From an uncultured Candidatus Saccharibacteria bacterium (lineage in GTDB: Bacteria > Patescibacteriota > Saccharimonadia > Saccharimonadales > EFPC-124), in NCBI GenBank assembly GCA_965225085.1, contig CBDDBE010000002.1, positions 95,185-159,184 of the forward strand: DNA of 64,000 bases. The letters are read 5' to 3'. The translations under genes and the position numbers were made by a program. The notes below the pieces were generated by a model. That model saw nothing but the letters and a program-made list of their open reading frames with translations. It searched no databases and was not told the DNA's origin. This document shows, piece after piece, positions 27,433-36,699 of the stretch. Position 1 is the first letter of the stretch, and every line of letters starts with the position of its first letter.

Positions 27433-29089
27433 GTTTGCGCGCTGCCTTTGGTGGTGAAACTACCCGAACGACTTCGCTCAGGGTGGTCATGCCGCTTTTT
27501 ACTTTCTGGATGCCGTCGTCGAACATGGCTATGCTGCCCTGTTTGTGGGCTAAGGCTTCAACTTCTTGGCCCGACGGTGATTTAAGGATGAGCTCCTGCA
27601 TTTCGGGAGTGACTTCTAGGAACTGGAAGAGCGCAATGCGGCCTTTGTACCCCGAGCCGCTGCATACGTTGCAGCCCTTGCCAGCGTAGACGGTGGTGGT
27701 GCCTTCAAAGTAATCTTCGAGGTTAATGCCAGGGGTTTTGACGGTGAGATTCAGGGCTTCCTGGAGGGGCATGCTGTAGCGGCAGGTGGTGCAGATTTTG
27801 CGTGCCAGTCGCTGGGCAATCACAATCTCGAGCGTTGAAGCCAGCAGGAACGGCTCGATGTCCATTTCGATCAGGCGCGGGATGGCCGTTGCGGCGTCGT
27901 TGGCGTGGAATGTAGACAGCAGCAAATGGCCTGTCAGTGCAGCATTAACCGAAATCTCGGCGGTTTCGCGGTCGCGGATCTCCCCCACCAGGATGATGTT
28001 TGGGTCCTGTCGGACGATTGCTCGAAGCCCCTTGGCAAACGTCATATTGGTCTGCTCGCGTACCTGAATTTGGTTAACGCCGGCCATTTTGTATTCTACC
28101 GGGTCTTCAATGGTGGTTATGTTGACGTTTGGCTTATTGAGCAGCTTGAGCAAAGCGTATAGCGTGGTCGTCTTGCCGGCGCCCGTAGGGCCGGTTGTCA
28201 GAATCATGCCGAATGGTTTGGCCGCGTAGGATTCGATAAGTTGACGGTGTGTTTCGTTCAGACCAATGTCGCTGAGGCTGTAGTCCTGCACGTACGAGCT
28301 GAGGACGCGCATCACTACCTTTTCGCCGTTTACTGTCGGAATGAGCGAGACGCGAAGGTCTGTCGTGTGCGTGTCATCGTGGCGCTGAATGGCACCGTCC
28401 TGAGCCGTGAGGTGCTCGTCGATACGCATGCCGCTCTCGACTTTGATGCGGTTAAGGACGTTATCGTAGTTCTCTCGCGGCAACACCCCCGCTTCGCGCA
28501 GGGCTCCGTCCACGCGGAACCGGACTACAACGTTATCGAGCTGGGGTTCGAAGTGAATGTCGGATGCTGCAAATGATATCGCGTCCTTGATGATTTCGTC
28601 GACGATTTCCGGTGCAACGCGCTTTCCTGTCTCGATAATCTGCGAGAAGCGCGTTGCCAGCGGGCGCTCGTAGAGGTTGAAGCTAGCCTCGATGTACTCA
28701 GGCAGGGTGTACGCAAGGAGCGGTTTCTTCCCAGCTAGCAGCGGCTTTAGAGTTGCCGTGTCGATCTGCTTGGGCGCATCGGTTGCAAGTACTATTGCGT
28801 GTTCGTTTGCGCGAACAGCCACGACGCGTTGTTTGCGCGAGACGTCTTCGGGCAGTAGCTCGACCTGTTCTTTGCTGAGCGGATGCGCGCCTAGGTCGAC
28901 GAACTTCAGGTGGTATTCCTCTGCCAGAGCCTGTCCCAGGAGCTGCTTGCTCAGTAGCTCAGAGCGGATCAGATAGTCAACATACCCTGCACTATCGTGC
29001 GAGGCGGCTTCGGCGGCCTTGCTATCTGCCTCAGAGACGTAGTTCTCCTTCAGCAGTATAGATTTGATCTGATCAATACTCGGATACAT
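27425..29089 (-). CDS. pilB: type IV pilus assembly ATPase PilB (GspE family)
   Basis: 'MILTTGPTGAGKTTTLYALL', 'ILVGEIRDRETAEI', tetracysteine CxxC...CxxC. Confidence 0.95.
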   Translation of the reverse strand: MYPSIDQIKSILLKENYVSEADSKAAEAASHDSAGYVDYLIRSELLSKQLLGQALAEEYHLKFVDLGAHPLSKEQVELLPEDVSRKQRVVAVRANEHAIVLATDAPKQIDTATLKPLLAGKKPLLAYTLPEYIEASFNLYERPLATRFSQIIETGKRVAPEIVDEIIKDAISFAASDIHFEPQLDNVVVRFRVDGALREAGVLPRENYDNVLNRIKVESGMRIDEHLTAQDGAIQRHDDTHTTDLRVSLIPTVNGEKVVMRVLSSYVQDYSLSDIGLNETHRQLIESYAAKPFGMILTTGPTGAGKTTTLYALLKLLNKPNVNITTIEDPVEYKMAGVNQIQVREQTNMTFAKGLRAIVRQDPNIILVGEIRDRETAEISVNAALTGHLLLSTFHANDAATAIPRLIEMDIEPFLLASTLEIVIAQRLARKICTTCRYSMPLQEALNLTVKTPGINLEDYFEGTTTVYAGKGCNVCSGSGYKGRIALFQFLEVTPEMQELILKSPSGQEVEALAHKQGSIAMFDDGIQKVKSGMTTLSEVVRVVSPPKAARKHA

Positions 29090-29109
29090 GCCCCACCCGT
29101 TTTAATTTC

Positions 29110-29481
29110 TTATGCTTTTGTCACTTCGTCAACTATTGTGGTTAATGGTGTGTCGGATTTGATGAAGAATTTGCGTGCACCGAGTGCGAGCACACGTTCT
29201 TCGTCTTCGTGCTGGCTGAGGTTGGACAGGACAAATACGGCGGGCTTTTCGGGCATGGTCTGGAGCTTTTGGAGTACCTGAAAACCGTCCACTACTGGCA
29301 TGATCAGGTCAAGTAATAGCACGTCAAAGTGTTTGGAAGCAAGCAGGTCTAGGCCTTCCTGGCCATTGCCGGCGACTGTCACGGCAAAGCCTTCGTGCGT
29401 TAGCTTAAGCTCAAGCGCGTGTGACAGCGGCTTTTCGTCTTCAATAATCAAAACTTGCTTTTGACTGTCGGCCATGTGCAC
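29110..29481 (-). CDS. single-domain response regulator (CheY/PilH-like)
   Basis: 'VLIIEDEKPL...VLLLDLIMPVVDGF'. Confidence 0.85.
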   Translation of the reverse strand: MHMADSQKQVLIIEDEKPLSHALELKLTHEGFAVTVAGNGQEGLDLLASKHFDVLLLDLIMPVVDGFQVLQKLQTMPEKPAVFVLSNLSQHEDEERVLALGARKFFIKSDTPLTTIVDEVTKA

Positions 29482-29525
29482 TCCTTCGGATGTTATACGT
29501 ATTGTATCATAGACGGTAGCTCGGA

Positions 29526-29918
29526 CTATTGCTGCTGGCTGATAAAGTCGCGGATCATGCCGATGATTTCGTCTAGCCGGTAATCGGCCTTTAGGATGTA
29601 TTTCTTGGCACCGAGGCCGAGCATGTTGCTGACTTTGTCGGGGCTGGCCGAGTTGCTAACGACAAGGACAGGGATAGCGGCCCATTTATCGTTCCTTTTT
29701 AGCTCTTGCATGAAGGCCAGACCGTTCATGTCCTTTAGGTAGTAGTCTAGCCAGATGGCGTCAGGCAGCTCGTCGAGATTACCTAGATAGTCAATGGCTT
29801 GCTGGCCGCTGGCACATGACAGTACGTCCATGCCAGATAGTTTGAGCTTCTTGGTGATTGCCTGAAGGAGCAGTGTTTCGTCTTCGACAACCATAATGGT
29901 TGGGTTTGTTTGGGACAT
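29526..29918 (-). CDS. single-domain response regulator
   Basis: 'IMVVEDETLL...IWLDYYLKDMNGL'. Confidence 0.85.
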   Translation of the reverse strand: MSQTNPTIMVVEDETLLLQAITKKLKLSGMDVLSCASGQQAIDYLGNLDELPDAIWLDYYLKDMNGLAFMQELKRNDKWAAIPVLVVSNSASPDKVSNMLGLGAKKYILKADYRLDEIIGMIRDFISQQQ

Positions 29919-29928
29919 GGGATTCTCC

Positions 29929-30270
29929 TTACTTTTTCTGGTTTGTAGTTAACTCGTAGGTAGCGATTAGGTTCTTGACCTCGGGGCTTAGTCGCTGGCG
30001 TATATCTTCCTTGCTGAATGTACGGAGCGGTTCACGCGATGTCAAGTAGTCCTCGAGTTGAAGGTATGCCTTTAGGAGCATTTGATTCTGTGTGACGGAT
30101 GGCTCTTGGCCTGGCTGAAGGCTGGATGTCACCTGGCGCACCTGATCGAGAGCGACATCGATTGAGGCCGGAGCCGAAACAAGCCCTGCCATGTAGACAA
30201 TAGAATCAAGCAACGATTGGGGCTTCGCCGGGGCCGATGACTTGCCGAGCAGTGAGCTGAGGAATCCCAT
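29929..30270 (-). CDS. hypothetical protein
   Basis: ORF 29929..30318; ATG 30270 with GGAGGAG RBS. Confidence 0.5.
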   Translation of the reverse strand: MGFLSSLLGKSSAPAKPQSLLDSIVYMAGLVSAPASIDVALDQVRQVTSSLQPGQEPSVTQNQMLLKAYLQLEDYLTSREPLRTFSKEDIRQRLSPEVKNLIATYELTTNQKK

Positions 30271-30272
30271 AT

Positions 30273-31067
30273 CTAGAACTCCTCCGTCTCGGCAAATGCG
30301 TATGCAGCGCGGAGCCACGCGAGGCCGATAAATATCCCAAGGACATCTATGAACAGTGTGAAGACATCATTGCTTTGTGGGGCTAACAGGTTATGAATGA
30401 CATACCCCAGAAATGCGAAGGCTGCGCCAAAGATCGGCAGTGTCAGCCAGCTGACAGCGCTGACATAGTGCGCGCCAATTTTCTTTCGAACCTTGAGCAT
30501 CAGGATGCCGGCCGCGACATACAGTGCGCCGCTCCACGTTTCTATGACGTTGGAAGCATCAAATTTTATTTCATCGGTGGTGACTGGAACGTGGGGAAAC
30601 CAGATTGATGCGATGGCCAGCGCAACGCCCAGGGGTAGTATGACGCTCGCTCGGGTCAGCCAGCCGGTAACGCCGATCAGTCGGGCAAAGCCTCGCATGC
30701 TCATGTAGATACCGAGGCTTGCTGCCATGTAGGGCAGGACGATGCCGCCACTTTGAGCCCATGCGCTTGAGTCCAGGTCAAGAGCTTCGATGATGGGGAT
30801 CTGGATAGTACCAATCACTGCGGCTATGATTGAAAACGCCAATGCCCCGTAGGCAAGCCGCATCTTCGTCTTGTATTCGCCCAGTGCCGACACGATCACC
30901 ACTGCAGCGCCGAGGTCGAGTACTCCTGATGCCAGGATCATCACTAGGTCAGTCGTCGTAAAAGTCTTGAGATTTTGGGCTGGTACGATCGCCAAGGCCA
31001 CGCCGGCTACTATTGGCGTCAGACACAGCGTCGCGATGACTATGCCTGTTCTTATTTGTTTACGCAT
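30273..31067 (-). CDS. polytopic membrane protein (~8 TM)
   Basis: ORF track, hydropathy. Confidence 0.6.
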   Translation of the reverse strand: MRKQIRTGIVIATLCLTPIVAGVALAIVPAQNLKTFTTTDLVMILASGVLDLGAAVVIVSALGEYKTKMRLAYGALAFSIIAAVIGTIQIPIIEALDLDSSAWAQSGGIVLPYMAASLGIYMSMRGFARLIGVTGWLTRASVILPLGVALAIASIWFPHVPVTTDEIKFDASNVIETWSGALYVAAGILMLKVRKKIGAHYVSAVSWLTLPIFGAAFAFLGYVIHNLLAPQSNDVFTLFIDVLGIFIGLAWLRAAYAFAETEEF

Positions 31068-32970
31068 CGAGTGTTACCTCCCCTTCTTTTGCTTTCATGC
31101 CGCTCAGCGGTATACTAAACCAAAATGTTGTGCCCTTACCTTCTTCGCTTTGGAACCAAATTTTACCACCAGACGATTCGATGACAGCCTTTATGAGGTA
31201 CAGCCCCAGGCCTGTTCCGTCCGTCTCTACCTTTACCGCGTTGGACGCGCGGAAGAACTTCTGGAATATCCTGCCTTGCTGTTCCTTCGGAATGCCATAG
31301 CCGCTGTCCGTTACCTGTGATACGACCTGATCGTCCTTCTTGGAGATAAAGACCGAGATTTCGCCACCCTTGGGGGTGTATTTGATGGCGTTGGTCAGCA
31401 GATTGAGGTACACTTGCCCGATCAGGCGAGGATCGAGGTTGATCTTGGGCAGGTCCTGATGAACGCTGATGATCAGTGTTTGTTTCTTCTCCTCGGTTTT
31501 TCCCTTGAGGTCGTTCACGATTCCCGACACGAGCTCGCCTAGGTCTGTCGGCTTAGGATCAATCATGATGCGCCCTGATTCTATGCGGGATATATTGAGC
31601 AGCGCGTTCACAAGGGCAATCATACGCTCGGTCGAGTCAGAGATGTTCTTGGCAAATTCCTGCTGGTCGGGTTGGAGCTTGCCGGCGTCACCCGAGACTA
31701 GCATCTCAGTAAACCACTTGATAGCCGAAAGTGGTGTACGCAACTGGTGCGAGGCCAGCGAGATGAACTCGGTCTTCATGCGGTCGATTTCTTTTTCCTT
31801 GGTGACGTCGCGCAAGATCGCGACAGCGCCTTCCACCTTATCCTCGACTTTTACGGGGCTGGCAATCATGCTCATGAGGAATTTGCGACCGTCCTGGCCC
31901 TCGAATTTATATACGCCGCTCACTGTCTCTCCAGTTTGAAGTGTGATGTAGGCCGGGCGTTTCTCGAGCGGCAATGGCGTGTGCGTGGTGTCGTCTGCTG
32001 CATATAATTGGTATGCTTCCCCCACGCGATGCCCCACGGCTTCACCGGGAGCTCCAAAACCAAGAAGCGTCGCTGCGACAGAGTTAATGAGCTCGATGTT
32101 TCCTTGTTTGTCTAGGGCTACAAATCCCTCACCCATGCTTTGGAACATTGCTTCGTCACGTTCGCGGCCAAGGGCAATTCGACGGTAAGAGTCGCGCAAA
32201 CGTTCGGCCATGCGGTTGAAGGCATTGCCCAGCTGCCCTAACTCGTCGCCAGAGGTTACGGGAACGATGTGCGAGAAGTCGCCATTCGAAATTCGTTCAG
32301 CACTCAGGCGCAGCTGTGCGAGCGCACGTGCCAGCCAGGATGCCAGCAGCGCGCCAGTAACCAACGCCGCGAAGGTACTGAAAACCACCAATGCGACTAT
32401 TGCCGTCAGAACTTTTGCTACGATGTCGCTAATTTGGGCACTTTCGAACTGGATACCTGATCGGTCGCCATCGGTTGCGCTGGTAATTGCTTGGTCCAGA
32501 TGCGTTTGGGAGATTCGGAGGGCATCCTGAATCTGTGTGGTCGATCCGCTTGATAGTATCGTGTTGGTCTCGCTTAGGACGTCCTTGCCGGACGACTCTA
32601 CCTCACTCACGATTTTTGGTGACACGTAGGGGTTGTCTATGTTTGTGAGCTGTACGTATTCGTCGATTTTTGTGTGAAGGTCTGCCGCTTGGTCGGCTAC
32701 GATAGCTTTTTGCGTTGCGATAATTTGTTGGCTAGCGATCCCGGGCAAGAGGTCTTGTTGGTAGACCGAGCGTGCATCACGTAGCTTGACGGCAGACAGC
32801 TCGATGTTCTCGAGCGCATACAATCGACGCAAGTTCTGGTCGGTGAGGTTGGTGAACAGATCCGTAAAGTGGCGCATGGACAGAATTTGATACACCCCAA
32901 CCCCAGCTATAATTGCCGCCAGAGCCAGGAAAGCAAGAAGTAATTTGACGCGTATGGATAAGTTTCTCAT
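31060..32970 (-). CDS. sensor histidine kinase (TM, 4-helix sensor/HAMP, PAS, HisKA, HATPase_c)
   Basis: 'EFISLASHQLRTPLSAIKW', 'DSGYGIPKEQQGRIFQKFFR', 'GTGLGLYLIKAVIESSGGKIW'. Confidence 0.9.
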   Translation of the reverse strand: MRNLSIRVKLLLAFLALAAIIAGVGVYQILSMRHFTDLFTNLTDQNLRRLYALENIELSAVKLRDARSVYQQDLLPGIASQQIIATQKAIVADQAADLHTKIDEYVQLTNIDNPYVSPKIVSEVESSGKDVLSETNTILSSGSTTQIQDALRISQTHLDQAITSATDGDRSGIQFESAQISDIVAKVLTAIVALVVFSTFAALVTGALLASWLARALAQLRLSAERISNGDFSHIVPVTSGDELGQLGNAFNRMAERLRDSYRRIALGRERDEAMFQSMGEGFVALDKQGNIELINSVAATLLGFGAPGEAVGHRVGEAYQLYAADDTTHTPLPLEKRPAYITLQTGETVSGVYKFEGQDGRKFLMSMIASPVKVEDKVEGAVAILRDVTKEKEIDRMKTEFISLASHQLRTPLSAIKWFTEMLVSGDAGKLQPDQQEFAKNISDSTERMIALVNALLNISRIESGRIMIDPKPTDLGELVSGIVNDLKGKTEEKKQTLIISVHQDLPKINLDPRLIGQVYLNLLTNAIKYTPKGGEISVFISKKDDQVVSQVTDSGYGIPKEQQGRIFQKFFRASNAVKVETDGTGLGLYLIKAVIESSGGKIWFQSEEGKGTTFWFSIPLSGMKAKEGEVTLDA

Positions 32971-34310
32971 GAATTGCTGGCCTTGTTTTGTGCCATACCT
33001 TCTAGCGGCAGTAGGACGGTAAAAGTACTCCCTTTCCCCTCTTGCGACGCGAATGAGATACTTCCGCCGACTTTGTTCAGTACTTGCTTTACGATATACA
33101 GCCCCAGGCCGGTTCCGTCTGTGTCTTTGGTTTTGACGTTTGAGGCGCGAAATAGTTTGTCGAATATCTGTGCCTGCTGAGCTTTGGGCACGCCATACCC
33201 AGTATCTTCGATTGCGATTCTGAGACTACCTTTACTGGCCTTGCTTTTAAGCTTTTCGACGGATGTGCCGACATTGAGCGTGATATGGCCGCCCTTTGGC
33301 GTGTATTTGATGGCGTTACTCAGGAGGTTTCGTATTATTGTGCGCATGAGAGCTTCGTCGCAAAGGATCTTTGGCAGATTGGCGTCAAAATGCTGTTCGA
33401 TATGCCGATCGTTGGTAAGCTCGGACAGATTGGTACGCAATTCCTGTACTATCTCATGGCATAGCGTCTGAACGTCCACCTCTTCTAGCCTGACTGGCAA
33501 CGAACCAGCTTGCAAGTGCGAGATGGTGATGATCGCATCGACGATCGACGCCGAACGTTGGTTGCTCTGGTAGACCTGCTGCATGTACTCCTTTTGTCCG
33601 TCGCTGAGCGGGCCGGCATCGCCGTGCAGGAGGATCTCACTGGACCATTTGATGGCAGATATAGGTGTACGCAACTGGTGCGAGGCAAGGGTTAGGAACT
33701 CGTTCTTAGCTTGGTCTAGCTCTTCCCGCTCGGTTATCATACGGGCTTGCAGATTCTCGCGGTCTTGTTCATAGACGTAGATACCCAGCGTCACAACAAG
33801 CAGGCTAACTGCCAGCTGCCGGACGGTTGTGAGGCTGTAGGCAATACCGGTGACGCCAGCAAACTCCAGCCCAATGATGGTGAGTATCGCAACGCCTAGC
33901 GCGAGCATCCAGTACCATCCAGCCCGCCGACCGACGAGGAAGAACGCACCCACCGGAAAGACAAAGAACCAAAATATACCAGTGTTTTTGGTGCCGCCGG
34001 TTATGAGCATTATCATGAGCATGGTCAATATAATGCACAGCAAGAGATTTTTCGCGAGACGTGTGTTGCGGGTGGCCATAACACCTATGGCATTCAAGAG
34101 CGACGCGCCACTTCCAGCTAGTTCCATTATGCCAAGAGCCGGATCGTTATCGAGGAATTGCAACATCCCAAATATCCCAAGCGATAGGAATGCCAGGAAT
34201 GAAAAGGCATTCACAATATACAGCGATGAGTCCAGTGTGGTCTGCAAAAAACCTACACGGCCCTTCTCGCGTGGAATCTGCTGGGAACGGTGCGCCAAAC
34301 CAGCGCTCAT
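32967..34310 (-). CDS. sensor histidine kinase with 5-6 TM N-terminal domain
   Basis: 'EFLTLASHQLRTPISAIKW', 'GTGLGLYIVKQVLNKVGGSISF'. Confidence 0.9.
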   Translation of the reverse strand: MSAGLAHRSQQIPREKGRVGFLQTTLDSSLYIVNAFSFLAFLSLGIFGMLQFLDNDPALGIMELAGSGASLLNAIGVMATRNTRLAKNLLLCIILTMLMIMLITGGTKNTGIFWFFVFPVGAFFLVGRRAGWYWMLALGVAILTIIGLEFAGVTGIAYSLTTVRQLAVSLLVVTLGIYVYEQDRENLQARMITEREELDQAKNEFLTLASHQLRTPISAIKWSSEILLHGDAGPLSDGQKEYMQQVYQSNQRSASIVDAIITISHLQAGSLPVRLEEVDVQTLCHEIVQELRTNLSELTNDRHIEQHFDANLPKILCDEALMRTIIRNLLSNAIKYTPKGGHITLNVGTSVEKLKSKASKGSLRIAIEDTGYGVPKAQQAQIFDKLFRASNVKTKDTDGTGLGLYIVKQVLNKVGGSISFASQEGKGSTFTVLLPLEGMAQNKASNS

Positions 34311-34387
34311 GGCATAGCCCTCCTGAGCGACGGCTCGTTATCGAACGGAAAAGTTCATATGCTTATCGTACCATACGCCAGTCATTT

Positions 34388-35725
34388 TTATTCCGCGTCA
34401 TCAATGCTGCAATTTTGCACGCAAGTAGTACTAGCTTCTCGCTTTGGTTTGGAGTATGGATTGGCGAATAAGGCGAGACGTTCGAGCATGTCGGTGGCTT
34501 GGGCTGCGATCGGCGTATCGGTTAGCTTATATTCTTGGCCCATGTCCAAAATGCGGAGCACTGCGTCGAACGCGTGTTGTTTGGTTGCGCGCTGCAGGGT
34601 GATGGCAAATAGTAGCGGCATTAGCGCGTCTTGCTCTGTCACCCCTAGTTGTTCGAAGGTTTCGTACCAATGCGGCTGGTGTTTGCTGTCGTGAAGTATC
34701 GCAATAAACGGTGCTGCCGAGCCGCGGATAGCTTTGGGTGCTGTAATTTTTCGTGGTGGCAATGTATCGGGTTGCAGGGCAGCAGCGCTCAGAAGCCCCA
34801 TGACGTACATGGTGTGGTACGCCGATGCGAGCAGATAATTTGATCGTGCGGCACCGGTTAGGCTATCGAGATGCGCTAGGTTGGTTGCCGGTGATGGCAA
34901 AAATCCAGCTTGGTCTTCGACGTTGGTTAGGATCCGGTAGCCAAATGTTGCCGTCGCGCTCCAGGCCCTGCCTGTAAGCGGCCAGCTCAGCAGAACCTCA
35001 CCACCCACGTCGTAATCTTGCTCATCCAGGCACCAGGCCAGGGTTGCCTCGGTCTCGGCCAGGATAGTGGCGCGGGGGCGTGGCAGTTGTAGCGGCTGGT
35101 TGCGATACTTGGCAAACATCATGGCATGGGTAAAGGCATAGATATTTTCGCGGTTGCAATGCAGCAAATCGAGCGACGTGGCTAGTATCGACTGCCGCGC
35201 TATAGGCATGTCCTGCGGGTGTGATTTCCCCAGAAGCTCCAGGGTCCAATGCTGTTCGAGCACGCGGTGGGGCTCGCGTTCCTTAGCGTGGGCCGCGTTC
35301 GACCGCAGGCTTTGGTCGAGCAGCTGATCAAACCGCGCGTCGGGATGGCCTAGCGCAGTCAGGCAAGCATGAGCCTGCGCAAAGTCCAATGCTAGCGATG
35401 GCTCCATGCAAATTCCCAGGCGCATGCGGTCGCTCCGCGCATATGGAATAAGCAGCGTGATTACATGATCGACCAGCTTCCTTACCTCTGGGTGGTGCGA
35501 CGCGCGGCTAGCCGCTACCAGCAGCAGGCCTGTTTCGGATATAACCTTTTCGGCCTGTACGTTGTATGAGGGCTCGGTCGGATCGGTATAGCCGTGTGGC
35601 GCCAGTTGGCCAATGACGCGCTCGGCAGTCGTCAGCGCGTGGCATAGGCGTCGAATAATATCATGCTCATGCAAAGAGGCTCCTTGCGACGAAGGAGCCT
35701 CCCGATTGCCTTTCGGCGTTTGCAT
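34388..35725 (-). CDS. hypothetical protein (GC-rich, 445 aa)
   Basis: ORF track; start ATG shares A with upstream TAA (TAATG coupling). Confidence 0.55.
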   Translation of the reverse strand: MQTPKGNREAPSSQGASLHEHDIIRRLCHALTTAERVIGQLAPHGYTDPTEPSYNVQAEKVISETGLLLVAASRASHHPEVRKLVDHVITLLIPYARSDRMRLGICMEPSLALDFAQAHACLTALGHPDARFDQLLDQSLRSNAAHAKEREPHRVLEQHWTLELLGKSHPQDMPIARQSILATSLDLLHCNRENIYAFTHAMMFAKYRNQPLQLPRPRATILAETEATLAWCLDEQDYDVGGEVLLSWPLTGRAWSATATFGYRILTNVEDQAGFLPSPATNLAHLDSLTGAARSNYLLASAYHTMYVMGLLSAAALQPDTLPPRKITAPKAIRGSAAPFIAILHDSKHQPHWYETFEQLGVTEQDALMPLLFAITLQRATKQHAFDAVLRILDMGQEYKLTDTPIAAQATDMLERLALFANPYSKPKREASTTCVQNCSIDDAE

Positions 35726-35976
35726 TAGCGTTGAAGCTCTTTGGCTGCACTTTTCAGAGATGCCAGGTTCTCAACCTCTGAACCATTCAGGTCGCCGTTC
35801 AATCGATACACACGAACAAATGTTCGCATCGTCCCGCAGAAACCTTCCCATGGCTCTTCGGCAAGCGCCATTGACGGGCCAAGCTCGCTGAGCGTGTTGC
35901 CAATCGCCTTGAAATCCACCGCCTTGGTGGCTAATAACTTCTTTACAACCTCTTGATGATCTACCCGCTGTGACAT
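35725..35976 (-). CDS. hypothetical 83-aa protein
   Basis: GGGGGA RBS; translationally coupled to 34388..35725. Confidence 0.5.
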   Translation of the reverse strand: MSQRVDHQEVVKKLLATKAVDFKAIGNTLSELGPSMALAEEPWEGFCGTMRTFVRVYRLNGDLNGSEVENLASLKSAAKELQR

Positions 35977-36119
35977 TTATCCCCCTGCTCAGAGTGTGAG
36001 CTTTTTATGTTTTTTAAATGCGACAGGCCCGCTTTTTTGCTCGGAACCATCTTTTTTATTATGCCCGCTGAGTCGGGTTGGGTAAAGACACATTTTAGCC
36101 CGTGTTGACATGTATGGAT

Positions 36120-36148
36120 TGATACTACTGTCGTATTATGATATAGTT
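36120..36148 (+). promoter_or_regulatory. promoter TTGATA-17-(TGa)TATAGT
   Basis: ttgatactactgtcgtattatgaTATAGT. Confidence 0.55.
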
Positions 36149-36188
36149 TTTAAGTTCGTCATCCGGCGAATTCGTGTGAGATCAAGGA

Positions 36189-36593
36189 GTGACCGTGTCA
36201 CAAGGTCTGCTGTACCAAGGGCACAACTGGTATCACTGCAGTGGATGCTGCAATCCGACCGTCGGTCGGTGCTGTGGCCCGCTGCAGCCGTGGAGGACGG
36301 ATGACCACGGGCACCTGCCCACCGCCATCCAGCGTGCCCACAGGAGCGGCCATCAGTTCGGGTACACCCCGGGCTACGGTGGGTACAACAACTCCAACGA
36401 CTTCCTGGGGACACTCCTCGTGCTCGACGGCATTGCCGACGGGGACGCGGAAGAGGTCATGCTGGGAAGCATGATGGGCGGCGGTTTGGGTGGCGGCATC
36501 GCTGAAGTCCTTGTCGTCGAAGAACTGTTGGACGACGACCGCGACGATCGTCGTTACGGCGACGATGACGATGACGGTTTCGACCTCTTCTGA
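36189..36593 (+). CDS. Cys-rich small protein with Gly-rich middle and poly-Asp tail
   Basis: AAGGAG RBS + GTG; 'HCSGCCNPTVGRCCGPLQPW'; ends 'DDDRDDRRYGDDDDDGFDLF'; terminator immediately after. Confidence 0.5.
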   Translation: MTVSQGLLYQGHNWYHCSGCCNPTVGRCCGPLQPWRTDDHGHLPTAIQRAHRSGHQFGYTPGYGGYNNSNDFLGTLLVLDGIADGDAEEVMLGSMMGGGLGGGIAEVLVVEELLDDDRDDRRYGDDDDDGFDLF

Positions 36594-36608
36594 TCGTCGG
36601 ATCAAACG

Positions 36609-36638
36609 GCCCACCGCGCAGATGTGCGCGGTGGGCCG
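36609..36638. terminator. 13-bp GC hairpin
   Basis: GGCCCACCGCGCA-gatg-TGCGCGGTGGGCC. Confidence 0.6.
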
Positions 36639-36658
36639 CAACAATTTTGCCTTTAAGT

Positions 36659-36680
36659 ACCCTCTGTGAGGGTATTTTTA
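36659..36680 (+). terminator. second tandem intrinsic terminator
   Basis: TACCCTC-tgt-GAGGGTA-TTTTTAA. Confidence 0.55.
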
Positions 36681-36699
36681 ATCTCGCGAGAGTTGAACG

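Noticed and set aside
36136-36644. Minus-strand ORFs (92 and 148 aa) antisense to the Cys-rich gene
   Set aside because: Promoter, RBS + GTG and two terminators all support the plus-strand gene. The minus frames are Pro/Arg/Ala-rich, typical of spurious GC frames.
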